From Chitinophagales bacterium (GTDB taxonomy: Bacteria > Bacteroidota > Bacteroidia > Chitinophagales > Chitinophagaceae): a DNA stretch of 64,000 bases. The DNA lies in the NCBI GenBank assembly GCA_038245055.1, contig JBBRSV010000009.1, forward strand, positions 911-64,910, in the 5' to 3' direction. The notes beneath the pieces are model-generated. The model had not been told where the DNA came from. It searched no databases and saw nothing but the letters and a program-made list of their open reading frames with translations. Positions 10,724-20,276 of this stretch are shown here, piece after piece (within the stretch, counting starts at the first letter, position 1; each line of letters opens with the position of its first letter). The translations under genes were made by a program, and so were the position numbers.

Positions 10724-12399
10724 TAGCTTGCTAATTGTTGTTCTATAAATTCGCCTGATTGCAAATATTTCAAATACCTTTTTTTATAAATTTCTACTTT
10801 ATTTTCATCCGGAAAATATTCCTTATCGAAACCCTGGCCCATGGCTGCCATAGCATCTTCAACTTTATCATAAATGCCGGCCGCAGTTGCTGCAAACATC
10901 CCGGCACCGGTCGCGCATGTTTGTTCCGAACGATGAATTTTTATCGGCATATTTATTACATCGGCCATGGTTTGCATAATGTAAGGCGACTTTCGTGCAA
11001 CGCCTCCGATGCCTATCAATCCTTTTACCGGAATGCCTTGTTCATTGAAGCGGTCCACAATTGCTTTGGCTCCAAAACAAGTTCCTTCTACCAAAGCCTT
11101 AAAAATTCTTGGGGCATCTGTGCCCAGGTTTAAACCACTTAGGGTTGCTTTTAATAATTGATTGGCATCCGGAGTTCTCCTTCCGTTCAGCCAATCAACA
11201 AACAGTTCATCATTTTCATTCAATTGCAGTTTTTCTGCGGCGGAAGAAAGCGCGCGAATCATTTTCTCTTCAAATTCCTCTATCAATTTATTAGCCGTTG
11301 AATCATCAATAATTTTAGAATCTTTTAATAAATTATTTATTGGCCACGCAAGAATATTTTTAAACCATGCATACGTATCTCCAAAGGCGGATTGCCCTGC
11401 TTCCATACCCAACATGCCCGGTACAACGGACCCCGGCACTTGCCCGCAAATACCTCCTACTAATATTCCCTCCACTTCATTATTGGGTACCACAAGAATA
11501 TCGCAGGTAGACGTGCCCATTACTTTACTTAAGTGGTAAGGTTGTATTTGGCCACCAACCGCGCCCATGTGCGCATCGAAGGCACCGACACCAATAACCA
11601 CATCTGTAGAAAGCCCTAACCTGGTAGCCCATTCAGACGATAGGTTGCCTGCTGATTGATCAGCAGTATATGTTTCTTTGAAAAGTTTTGTAGTAAAGCA
11701 ATTCAGTAAAGGATCCAAAGATTTAAAGAACTCATTGGGAGGCAAGCCGCCGAACTCAGCGGCCCATAAAGCTTTATGGCCTGCTGAACAAACACCTCTT
11801 TTCATCTGGCTTACATCCGTGCCGCCTGTAAGTAAAAAAGGAATCCAATCGCAATGCTCCACCCAGGAATAAAGTGCCTTACTGACGGAGTCGTCTACAC
11901 GGATGACGTGAAGTAATTTTGCCCAGAACCATTCAGAGGAATAAACGCCTCCAACAAATTGTAAATAATTGGCTTCGAATTTCGCCGCATGTTCATTTAT
12001 TTCCGCCGCTTCTCTTGTTGCGGTATGGTCTTTCCACAACACGAACATTGCGTTTGGATTATCTTCAAAACCAGGTGTCAATGCAAGTGGAGTGCCTGTT
12101 TTATCTACTGCTACCGGCGTTGAACCGGTCGTATCAACAGATATTGCTTTCATATTGGACGCCACATCTTTTCCTGCAACTTTTATACACTCCAGGATGG
12201 TTGTTGCAAGTCCTTCAACATAATCAAGCGGATGTTGCCTGAATTGGTTTTGTGCTGCCCGGCAGTATAATCCTTTTTTCCACCTGGGATAATAAAAAAC
12301 CGCTGAGGATATTTCTTTGCCATTTTGGGCATTTAATATTACAGACCGAACAGAATCCGTTCCGTAATCAACTCCCATAACGTATGAATGATCGGGCAT
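10723..12399 (-). CDS. araB: Ribulokinase
   Basis: GVDYGTDSVR, VDTTGSTP, LWKDHTA, YSSEWFWAK, KVMGTSTC, DWLNGRRTP; stop abuts araD start. Confidence 0.96.
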   Translation of the reverse strand: MPDHSYVMGVDYGTDSVRSVILNAQNGKEISSAVFYYPRWKKGLYCRAAQNQFRQHPLDYVEGLATTILECIKVAGKDVASNMKAISVDTTGSTPVAVDKTGTPLALTPGFEDNPNAMFVLWKDHTATREAAEINEHAAKFEANYLQFVGGVYSSEWFWAKLLHVIRVDDSVSKALYSWVEHCDWIPFLLTGGTDVSQMKRGVCSAGHKALWAAEFGGLPPNEFFKSLDPLLNCFTTKLFKETYTADQSAGNLSSEWATRLGLSTDVVIGVGAFDAHMGAVGGQIQPYHLSKVMGTSTCDILVVPNNEVEGILVGGICGQVPGSVVPGMLGMEAGQSAFGDTYAWFKNILAWPINNLLKDSKIIDDSTANKLIEEFEEKMIRALSSAAEKLQLNENDELFVDWLNGRRTPDANQLLKATLSGLNLGTDAPRIFKALVEGTCFGAKAIVDRFNEQGIPVKGLIGIGGVARKSPYIMQTMADVINMPIKIHRSEQTCATGAGMFAATAAGIYDKVEDAMAAMGQGFDKEYFPDENKVEIYKKRYLKYLQSGEFIEQQLAS

Positions 12400-12443
12400 T
12401 TGTTTTAAGCAATCTTATTAGGAAGCAAGGTAGGAATAATTTT

Positions 12444-12464
12444 TAAGTGTCAGACTAACATTTA
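12444..12464. promoter_or_regulatory. Candidate AraR/NrtR operator palindrome upstream of araB
   Basis: TAAGTGT-cagacta-ACATTTA, a 7-7-7 inverted repeat with one mismatch, 45 bp upstream of the araB ATG. Confidence 0.65.
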
Positions 12465-12899
12465 TAAAACTTCCTTTTTTATTGTTGATCAAATTTCGAT
12501 TCATATAAAATAATATTATTAAAAAAATCTTATTTCATTGTGACCTTTTGATAAAGGTGAGTTTTGATCGTAGGCGCAAAAATGCCGCGGAACTTAAAGA
12601 TGCAATACTAAGTAAGTATTATTTGAATTTAAAATTTAATGATATTAGATTAGAATTAAGGTCGTCAAATTAATGAGTATAAGAGCTACCAAGGGTTTTT
12701 CTATTAGAAATATGTATTAAGAAGTTTTAATTACGTCCACAACCACTCGCGTTTTTCCTCCGTCAGCGCCTGAAGCGCCTTCGCGTCAAGATTGAAGATT
12801 CAAAGAATTATTCACTTTGAACTGGTTGGATAATTAATTAATATCAAATTTTTTCCGGTTTCCTGCCGGTGCTTTAGTATAATCGTAATGTCGTCTTTA

Positions 12900-14306
12900 T
12901 TAGAAATCTTTACCTATATCATCTTTTAATTCAACTACAGTAACCTTTCCATATTTTTCTGCTATTGGTTTTATTTCTGAGGCCTTTCCGATCAATACAA
13001 ATTGAAGATTATTTTTTGGAAAATATTTCGCAATTATTTCATTGGCTTTGGCAACGGTAACAGCATTTACATTTGCTTCGAAATTATTAATGTATGATTC
13101 ATCAAAACCATACCAGAACATAAGCACCAGTAATCCCGCAAGTTGGTCGGTAGTTTGGTATTGAGGAGGCGACATGCCTATCATATAATTTTTTGCTGAG
13201 TTCAATGTTTCTTCGTCTATGGCCTGTGTATGCAGCCTGTTTATAACTTCCAATGCCTTATCAATAGTAGCTTGCGTAGTTGCATTTGCAGTGTGCGTGG
13301 AGATAATAAAGGAACCTGTTTTTTGATTATAATCAAAATAGCTTCCCGCGCCATATGTAAGCCCGGATTTTATGCGCAATTCATTATTCATCCAGGAAGT
13401 AAACTTGCCGCCAAAAAAGGTATTTATTACTTGAACCGCCAGGTAATCAGGATTATTCCTTGTTATCCCCGCACCGCCGATATATAATGTTGTTTCAAGA
13501 GCATCGTCTTTGTTTACCAATAATATTCTCGCATTACCCGGCACCGCTTCAGGGTGATAAACAGCCCTGGTAACCGGTGGAGTTTTTTTCCATTCGGAAA
13601 ATAATTTAGTAAGTATTGCTTTCATTTTACCCGTCTTAAAATCACCAACTATAGAAATTGCAGAGCCTGCGGGATTGTAATATTTCTTATAAAAATTTCT
13701 TGCGTCATTGGCATTTAGCGGAGTCAATGAACTAACGGTGCCGGATACCACATTTCCGTATATATTTTTGCCATAAAAAAATCTATTCCAATATGCGTGT
13801 ATTACAGCCCCGGGGCTTTCCTTTGCCTGGTCAAGCCCAATCAAAGCGAGTTTTTTTTCTTTGCCGAAGTCTTCCTCAGAAAAAACCGGGTTCACCAACA
13901 TCTCTTTGATCATTGGTAAAAGTGTGTCCTTATCCTTTGCCGCAAACTTTGTTGACAAGCCTGCATTGTCGATGGAGGCATAGGTGTTCAGGTCTGCACC
14001 GAGAAAATCAAACCGCTCTTCAATTTCTTTTTTTGTAAAGCTTTTGGTGCCGCACTTCAGGCATGTTCCTGTTAAACTGGCGAGGCCCGCCTGCTCACCA
14101 TCATTTATAGCGCCTGCAGGTACAATTGCGTCAAGGCTTATTATCGGCACATCATGCTTTTCCATAAAATAAATAACCAGTCCGTTGGGCAATTGAACCT
14201 TATCAAAATGAGGTAACTGGTAGCGTGGTTTATTTTGGCCGCTGGCTGCATAAATAGTTGTTACAAATATTAAGAAGATCGATATAGATTTAATACTTTT
14301 TTTCAT
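12900..14306 (-). CDS. M16B peptidase non-catalytic subunit (pair 1)
   Basis: Insulinase fold, no HxxEH (GLASLTGTCL at that position), ELRIKSGLTYG R/Y motif, signal peptide. Confidence 0.88.
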   Translation of the reverse strand: MKKSIKSISIFLIFVTTIYAASGQNKPRYQLPHFDKVQLPNGLVIYFMEKHDVPIISLDAIVPAGAINDGEQAGLASLTGTCLKCGTKSFTKKEIEERFDFLGADLNTYASIDNAGLSTKFAAKDKDTLLPMIKEMLVNPVFSEEDFGKEKKLALIGLDQAKESPGAVIHAYWNRFFYGKNIYGNVVSGTVSSLTPLNANDARNFYKKYYNPAGSAISIVGDFKTGKMKAILTKLFSEWKKTPPVTRAVYHPEAVPGNARILLVNKDDALETTLYIGGAGITRNNPDYLAVQVINTFFGGKFTSWMNNELRIKSGLTYGAGSYFDYNQKTGSFIISTHTANATTQATIDKALEVINRLHTQAIDEETLNSAKNYMIGMSPPQYQTTDQLAGLLVLMFWYGFDESYINNFEANVNAVTVAKANEIIAKYFPKNNLQFVLIGKASEIKPIAEKYGKVTVVELKDDIGKDF

Positions 14307-14308
14307 AA

Positions 14309-15628
14309 TTAGTCCTCCACATTTGTTTGTAAAATACCTACCGTTCTGTTTGATTTTTTGAAATATTTATTCGCCACGCGTTGTACATCCGCAACGGTAA
14401 CTTTATTATATTCAGCACTCGCATCAAACATTTTTTTATAGCCGCCAAAGAAAACTTCATAATTACCAATTGTTCCGGATTTTCCATTTATAGTTTCTAC
14501 CTGCGAATAAAAATTCATCAGTTTGATATTTTTTACTTTTTGTAATTCGTCTTCAGTAATACCGTCTTTTTTTATTTTATCCAATTCTATATAAATTGCT
14601 TTTTCAAGAGCGGTTGCTTTAATACTATCGCTGCACTGAGCATATATATTAAAGGTAAAAGGATCGAAAGAATACGCCATGCCCGTGCCGATATCGGTTG
14701 CAAGTTGCTGCTGGTCTACAAGAGAAGCGTACAACCGCGAAGAATGGCCGTTTGATAAAACCTGGTTCAACACGTCGAGCGCATAATAATCACTATCCCG
14801 CGTAGCAGGTACATGATAGCTGATCATCAAATAAGGAGTTGTAACACTTCGCTGTACCATTACCCGGCGTTCCCCATTTTGCGGTGGCTCAACATTATGT
14901 ACTAACGGGGGTGGCGGCTGCGCCGGAATCGGCTCCATGTATTGCTTCGCGAGCCGCTCCACTTCGGCAAATGTTACGTTCCCCGTTATTACTGCCACGC
15001 AATTATTAGGAGCGTAGTACGTCTTAAAATATTTTTCCAGGTCTGATTTTCTCCAATTTAAAATATCGGTTTCATATCCAAGCACAGGCCAATGATAGGG
15101 ATGTTGTTCAAACGCTGTAGCATTAACCGCTTCACTTAATGGCTCCCACGGCGAATTTTCAAAATCAGTCCGCCATTCTGAGTGTACAACGCCACGCTCG
15201 CTTTCTATAATTGCGGTATCAAATGCAAGGTTTGCCATACGATCTGATTCTATATCGAATAACAGTTCCAGTTTTGAAGCGGGAAACCAATCTGTGTATG
15301 CCGTAATATTTTCCGTGGTATATGCATTGTTGGTACCGCCGTTAAATTCTTCCACACGGTCTAATTGATTGTGGCCATATTTTTTTGCGCCGTTAAACAT
15401 CATGTGTTCAAAAAAATGCGATATACCTGTAATGCCATTGTGTTCATTTCTTGAGCCTACTTTAAAAAACAAGTACATGTTGGCGTTAGGAATTGAATTG
15501 TCTTCCATCACAAGAAATTTCATTCCGTTTTTAAGCGTAAAAGATTTTACATCGCTGGCCTTTAATTGTGCATTTACTTTAGGGCATGAGATAAGAAAAA
15601 TAAAAATGCAAATATTTAGAGCTTTCAT
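14309..15628 (-). CDS. M16B zinc peptidase catalytic subunit (pair 1)
   Basis: HFFEH inverted zincin motif, NAYTT, ERGVVHSE; signal peptide; ATG at 15628 preferred over 15652. Confidence 0.92.
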   Translation of the reverse strand: MKALNICIFIFLISCPKVNAQLKASDVKSFTLKNGMKFLVMEDNSIPNANMYLFFKVGSRNEHNGITGISHFFEHMMFNGAKKYGHNQLDRVEEFNGGTNNAYTTENITAYTDWFPASKLELLFDIESDRMANLAFDTAIIESERGVVHSEWRTDFENSPWEPLSEAVNATAFEQHPYHWPVLGYETDILNWRKSDLEKYFKTYYAPNNCVAVITGNVTFAEVERLAKQYMEPIPAQPPPPLVHNVEPPQNGERRVMVQRSVTTPYLMISYHVPATRDSDYYALDVLNQVLSNGHSSRLYASLVDQQQLATDIGTGMAYSFDPFTFNIYAQCSDSIKATALEKAIYIELDKIKKDGITEDELQKVKNIKLMNFYSQVETINGKSGTIGNYEVFFGGYKKMFDASAEYNKVTVADVQRVANKYFKKSNRTVGILQTNVED

Positions 15629-15886
15629 AAATGATATAAATTGTAACGGCAAATATAAATCGATTTTAAAAAGACTTTCATTTTTGCTACGACGAAGCTT
15701 TATAATTTATATTGAATATTAAGGTTTATTGCCGACGAGTTCATAAATAATTTGAAAAAAAATTTGCAATTCGCTTGTATTGTGATTTAGTTTTTAATAG
15801 AGACCATGACATTTAATTAAAGATGAATTACCTTTAAATTGCAGCAGGCTTTCTTGCCACGGTTGCTTGTAACGAAAAATAAAATC

Positions 15887-16807
15887 ATGAATAATTTTAG
15901 CAGGAGAAGATTTCTGAAAGCAGCTTCCCTGCTGATGGCTGCACCTTTTGTCCCAAAAATATTTGGTGTAAAAAAAGACAAGCCGTTGCTGTCTTTTTCC
16001 ACGCTTGGCTGCCCTGATTGGAACTTTAAGCAGGTTACAGATTTTGCAATGCAACATAATTACCAGGGCATTGAGTTGCGAGGGCTACTCCGGCAGATGG
16101 ATCTTCCTAAATGCCCTGAATTCAACACACCGAAAAATATTGCTGAAACAATATCAATAATGAAAGATAAAAATCTTGCGTTTGTTGACCTTGGTTCATC
16201 TACAAATTTGCACATTGCTGAAGCCGCTGAAAGATTGAAAAATTTTGATGAAGCAAGACGTTTTATTGATCTTGCTGAAAAAATATTTTGCCCCTTCGTG
16301 AGAGTTTTTCCCAATAAAATTCCACCAGGCCAGGACAAGAATGAAACGATGGATCTTATAGTAAAAGGTTTGCTGGATCTTGGAGAATATGCCAAAGGAA
16401 GTAATGTAAGCGTACTAATAGAAACGCATGGCGATCTTGTATGGTCATCTGATATTGAAAAAGTGATGCAAGAAGCTTACAATGAGCATACGGGCCTTGT
16501 GTGGGATATTACCAATATGTGGTCAATTACAAAAGAACCGCCGCCAGAGGTATATGAAAAACTAAAAAAATACATCCGTCATACGCATGTAAAAGATTTG
16601 AAAATGATTGATGGAAAAGAACAGTATATTTTTTTAGGCCGTGGCGAGGTTCCTATTTTTACCGCGATAGACGCTCTGGAAAATGGAGGTTATAATGGAT
16701 ACTATAGTTTTGAGTGGGAAAAATTATGGCATCCTGAGATTGGAGAGCCGGCGGAAGCACTTGCCGATTATTCCAACGTTATGTTAAAGCATTTCAACGG
16801 GCAATAA
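15887..16807 (+). CDS. Tat-exported sugar phosphate isomerase/epimerase (xylose-isomerase-like TIM barrel)
   Basis: SRRRFLK twin-arginine signal; IETHGD, WD, HTHVKD, SFEWE metal-binding motifs; start at 15887 preferred. Confidence 0.88.
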   Translation: MNNFSRRRFLKAASLLMAAPFVPKIFGVKKDKPLLSFSTLGCPDWNFKQVTDFAMQHNYQGIELRGLLRQMDLPKCPEFNTPKNIAETISIMKDKNLAFVDLGSSTNLHIAEAAERLKNFDEARRFIDLAEKIFCPFVRVFPNKIPPGQDKNETMDLIVKGLLDLGEYAKGSNVSVLIETHGDLVWSSDIEKVMQEAYNEHTGLVWDITNMWSITKEPPPEVYEKLKKYIRHTHVKDLKMIDGKEQYIFLGRGEVPIFTAIDALENGGYNGYYSFEWEKLWHPEIGEPAEALADYSNVMLKHFNGQ

Positions 16808-16829
16808 CATTGCTAACAATGCACGCTAA

Positions 16830-16840
16830 ATGAAAGGCAA
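16830..16840 (-). repeat. Intergenic motif TTGCCTTTCAT, copy 1
   Basis: ATGAAAGGCAA on the plus strand between the isomerase and GMC genes. Confidence 0.55.
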
Positions 16841-16884
16841 ATATTTTTTAAATATTTTCATTCGATACATAAAAAATTGAACTG

Positions 16885-18582
16885 ATGCCCGATTCTACTT
16901 ATATAAATAACAAAGCAAAACCAAACAATACATACGACGCTATTATAGTTGGTTCAGGCATCAGTGGAGGTTGGGCTGCAAAAGAACTTTGCGAAAAAGG
17001 TTTAAAAGTTTTATTGCTTGATCGGGGCCGAAATGTTGTTCACGGAGATTACCCAACTGCTACTAAAGCTCCGTGGGAATTTACGCATCGCCTGCATTTG
17101 TCAGAAGAAGACAAACGGAAAAATTTTGTTCAGAGTCGCCACTATTCTTTTCGGGAAGACAATAAACACTTTTACATTAACGACCAGCAAAACCCTTATG
17201 AAGAAACGAAACGTTTCGACTGGATACGTGGCGACGTAGTTGGCGGCCGCTCTTTATTATGGGCAAGAGCTTGTTACCGCTGGAGCGATCTTGATTTTGA
17301 GGCAAACTTAAAAGATGGCCATGGTATTGACTGGCCCATTCGATATAAAGACATTGCCCCGTGGTATGATTATGCGGAAACTTTTATTGGCGTAAGTGGA
17401 AATGCAGATGGAATACCGCAGCTTCCTGATGGAAAATATATACCGCCATTTGAAATGAACTGTGCGGAAAAAGTTTTTAAGCAAAAAGTAGAAGCAAAAT
17501 TTGCTGACCGTAAAGTGATCATGGGAAGAACGGCCAACCTTACAAAGCCAGTACAGGGCAGGGGACAATGCCAGGCGCGAGATCTTTGTCACCGGGGTTG
17601 CCCTTATGGCGCTTATTTTAGTACTAACGCCAGCACCATACCCGCAGCGTATGCTACAGGAAAGCTAACGGTAAGGCCGTACTCGATTGTGAATAAAATA
17701 ATTTATGACGAACAAAGACAAAGAGCTACAAGTGTGGAAATTATTGATGCCGAAAGTAAGCATGAAGAAGGGTTTTATGCTAAGATTATTTTCCTGAATG
17801 CGTCTACGGTAGCCACTGCATCTATTTTATTAAACTCAACGTCAGGGCGCTTTCCCAACGGCTTTGGCAACAGTAGCGACCAGGTAGGGCGTAACCTGAT
17901 GGATCATCATAAAGGAACGGACATATCCGCGGATATTGAAGGTTTTGAAGACAGCTATTATTTTGGCCGCAGGCCAACAAGTATCTATATACCCCGCTTT
18001 CAAAATATTAATAATAAAAGTTCCGATTTTATTCGCGGTTATTATTTTGGTGGAATGGCTTCAAGGCCTCCAAGCCGAAGTGATGCACCCATAGGCGCTG
18101 AATTGAAAGAGGCGTTAACAGAGCCGGGCGGATGGAAAATGAATATGTGGTATGCCGGCGAGTGCCTCCCTTATCCGGACAACCGTATTACGCTTAATAC
18201 CAATAAAAAAGACCAGTGGGGCCGCCCGCTCGTTGTTGTTGATTGCGAATTTAAAGACAATGAAAAAGCAATGCATAACGATGTTGCCATTTCTGGAAAA
18301 GAAATAATGGAGGCTGCAGGTTTCAAAAATATTTCCGTTAGCGACAGCATGTCTTTCCCCGGAAATTCAAACCATGAAATGGGTACGGCGCGCATGGGCG
18401 TAGATCCAAAAACTTCAGTGTTAAATAGCTATAATCAAATGCACGAGGTGTCAAATGTATTCATTACAGATGGATCATGCATGGCGTCCAGCGCATGCCT
18501 CAATCCTTCGCTAACTTACATGGCACTTACAGCAAGAGCCTGCGACTTCGCGGTGCGTGAAATGAAAAAATTAAATATTTAA
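16885..18582 (+). CDS. GMC-family FAD oxidoreductase (glucoside 3-dehydrogenase-like)
   Basis: DAIIVGSGISGGWAAKELCEKG, GGRSLLWAR, GRNLMDH, NHEMGTARMG, NPSLTYMALTARA. Confidence 0.92.
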   Translation: MPDSTYINNKAKPNNTYDAIIVGSGISGGWAAKELCEKGLKVLLLDRGRNVVHGDYPTATKAPWEFTHRLHLSEEDKRKNFVQSRHYSFREDNKHFYINDQQNPYEETKRFDWIRGDVVGGRSLLWARACYRWSDLDFEANLKDGHGIDWPIRYKDIAPWYDYAETFIGVSGNADGIPQLPDGKYIPPFEMNCAEKVFKQKVEAKFADRKVIMGRTANLTKPVQGRGQCQARDLCHRGCPYGAYFSTNASTIPAAYATGKLTVRPYSIVNKIIYDEQRQRATSVEIIDAESKHEEGFYAKIIFLNASTVATASILLNSTSGRFPNGFGNSSDQVGRNLMDHHKGTDISADIEGFEDSYYFGRRPTSIYIPRFQNINNKSSDFIRGYYFGGMASRPPSRSDAPIGAELKEALTEPGGWKMNMWYAGECLPYPDNRITLNTNKKDQWGRPLVVVDCEFKDNEKAMHNDVAISGKEIMEAAGFKNISVSDSMSFPGNSNHEMGTARMGVDPKTSVLNSYNQMHEVSNVFITDGSCMASSACLNPSLTYMALTARACDFAVREMKKLNI

Positions 18583-18648
18583 GTTGTAGTTGCTCCATCT
18601 TAAAATCAAATTAACTTTAAACAGTAATAGTATTTATAAAATCTTGAA

Positions 18649-19773
18649 ATGAAAAGAAAACTGTTATTGCAAATCGCATTTTTATTTTTTTTAATTCTAT
18701 TTGCGATGAGCGGTTTTGCCCAAAGTAAAATCCCGACCGATGCGCCTGTGCGTGTAGCCCTTGCCGGTATAACCCATGATCATGTAGGCTGGATTTTGAG
18801 TCGTAAAAAACCTGATATTATACTAGTCGGAATTTATGAACCTAACAAGGAACTTGCACAGCGCTATGCGAAACGTTACAGCATCGACCCTGCAATATTT
18901 TATAATAACCTAGACAAAATGCTGGATGCTACGAAACCAGAAATAACACTTGCATTTGGGTCAGTATATGCACACCTCTCAGTAGTGCAGGCTTGTGCGC
19001 CCCGCCATATAAATGTAATGGTGGAGAAACCTCTTGCGGCATCCCTTAAGCAAGCTTTGGAAATGGATGCGCTTGCAAAAAAATTCAATATCCTTCTGCT
19101 TACCGATTTTGAAACTTCATGGTATCCTTCAACAGTGAAAACCTACGAGCTAACTAATGACAGTAATTACATTGGTAACATTAAAAAAGTCGTGATTCAC
19201 GATGGGCACCAGGGGCCAAAGGAAATTGGCGTAAGTAAAGAGTTTTTTAATTGGCTCACTGATCCTGTACAAAATGGTGGCGGGGCTCTTATAGATTTTG
19301 GATGTTACGGCGCCAATCTTATGACCTACCTGATGAAGGGAGAACAGCCGATTTCAGTTACGGCAGTTACACGCCATTTTAAACCGGATATTTATCCAAA
19401 AGTTGATGATGAGGCAACGATTATTGTTTCTTATCCAACTGCGCAATGTATTATCCAGGCATCTTGGAACTGGCCTTTTGGGAGAAAAGATATGGAGGTG
19501 TATGGTACAAAAGGCTACGTGATATCGACAAATAGCACTGACATGCGGTTAAGAGCACAGCCTGATTCTGCTGAACATTTTATTCACGTGAACGCAACCG
19601 ATGTTCCCGTTTATCTTGATCCTTTTTCTTACGTAGCTGATGTAATAAGAAAAAAAATTACGGTTCCTGAAAATGGTGTTTATTCCCTGAAGACAAATAT
19701 AACGGTCATGCGTATACTAAGCGCTGCCAGCGAATCGGCTTCCACAGGAAAGACGATTTATTTCGCCAAATAA
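18649..19773 (+). CDS. Exported Gfo/Idh/MocA family oxidoreductase
   Basis: EKPLA motif, GGGALIDFGCYG; signal peptide. Confidence 0.9.
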   Translation: MKRKLLLQIAFLFFLILFAMSGFAQSKIPTDAPVRVALAGITHDHVGWILSRKKPDIILVGIYEPNKELAQRYAKRYSIDPAIFYNNLDKMLDATKPEITLAFGSVYAHLSVVQACAPRHINVMVEKPLAASLKQALEMDALAKKFNILLLTDFETSWYPSTVKTYELTNDSNYIGNIKKVVIHDGHQGPKEIGVSKEFFNWLTDPVQNGGGALIDFGCYGANLMTYLMKGEQPISVTAVTRHFKPDIYPKVDDEATIIVSYPTAQCIIQASWNWPFGRKDMEVYGTKGYVISTNSTDMRLRAQPDSAEHFIHVNATDVPVYLDPFSYVADVIRKKITVPENGVYSLKTNITVMRILSAASESASTGKTIYFAK

Positions 19774-19806
19774 ATTGCACATTGTTTAACTATATTTTAA
19801 AAAAAA

Positions 19807-19817
19807 TTGCCTTTCAT
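19807..19817 (+). repeat. Intergenic motif TTGCCTTTCAT, copy 2
   Basis: Exact copy 34 bp after the Gfo/Idh/MocA stop. Confidence 0.55.
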
Positions 19818-19970
19818 GTCTTTTCCTAAAATTCCTTCATTATTGAATACACGTATTTTAAATCCACATTTTGCCGGTGATCCTGCGTAGATTTATATTT
19901 TAAAAAATCTTTGGCTGAATTCTGATTATCAAATTGAATAGCATCCTATTTTAGTCAGGGCCTACAAATT

Positions 19971-20013
19971 AAAGTGTTCGATTTTCCTAACGAAAGTGTT
20001 CATATTCGTACAC
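19971..20013 (+). promoter_or_regulatory. Candidate enhancer (UAS) for a sigma54 activator
   Basis: AAAGTGTTC repeated 22 bp apart (19971, 19993); the second copy is part of GTGT-N10-ACAC (19996-20013). Confidence 0.55.
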
Positions 20014-20065
20014 CCGCGGCAAACACTTCTCCACTTAAACGTTCTGTATCAATACTATAAGGCAT

Positions 20066-20080
20066 TGGTATGATGGTTGA
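20066..20080 (+). promoter_or_regulatory. Candidate sigma54 (-24/-12) promoter
   Basis: TGGTATG-ATGG-TTGA matches the spacing of TGGCACG-N4-TTGC exactly; -12 is GA rather than GC; about 200 bp upstream of the ABC permease genes. Confidence 0.55.
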
Positions 20081-20276
20081 AAATATCAATATAAATATTT
20101 TGCAGGAACCTGGTTTTTGAGATGATAATCAGAAAGTAGTAACTGAAAGGCACCCTGGATTATTTAAATGTATTTGCTTTGCGCACAAAAGCAAAAGAAA
20201 TTTTAAAGGCAGATTAAATAAGTAAAAGAAGTTAAACATCAATCAGTTTAATATTTAGAGAAAACAATTATATCTC

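Noticed and set aside
12568-12790. Remnant of a GxxExxY or four-helix-bundle gene flanked by GGCGC-type inverted repeats
   Set aside because: Only a short CG(T/A)AGGCGC inverted match; the plus-strand frames I translated gave no recognisable motif
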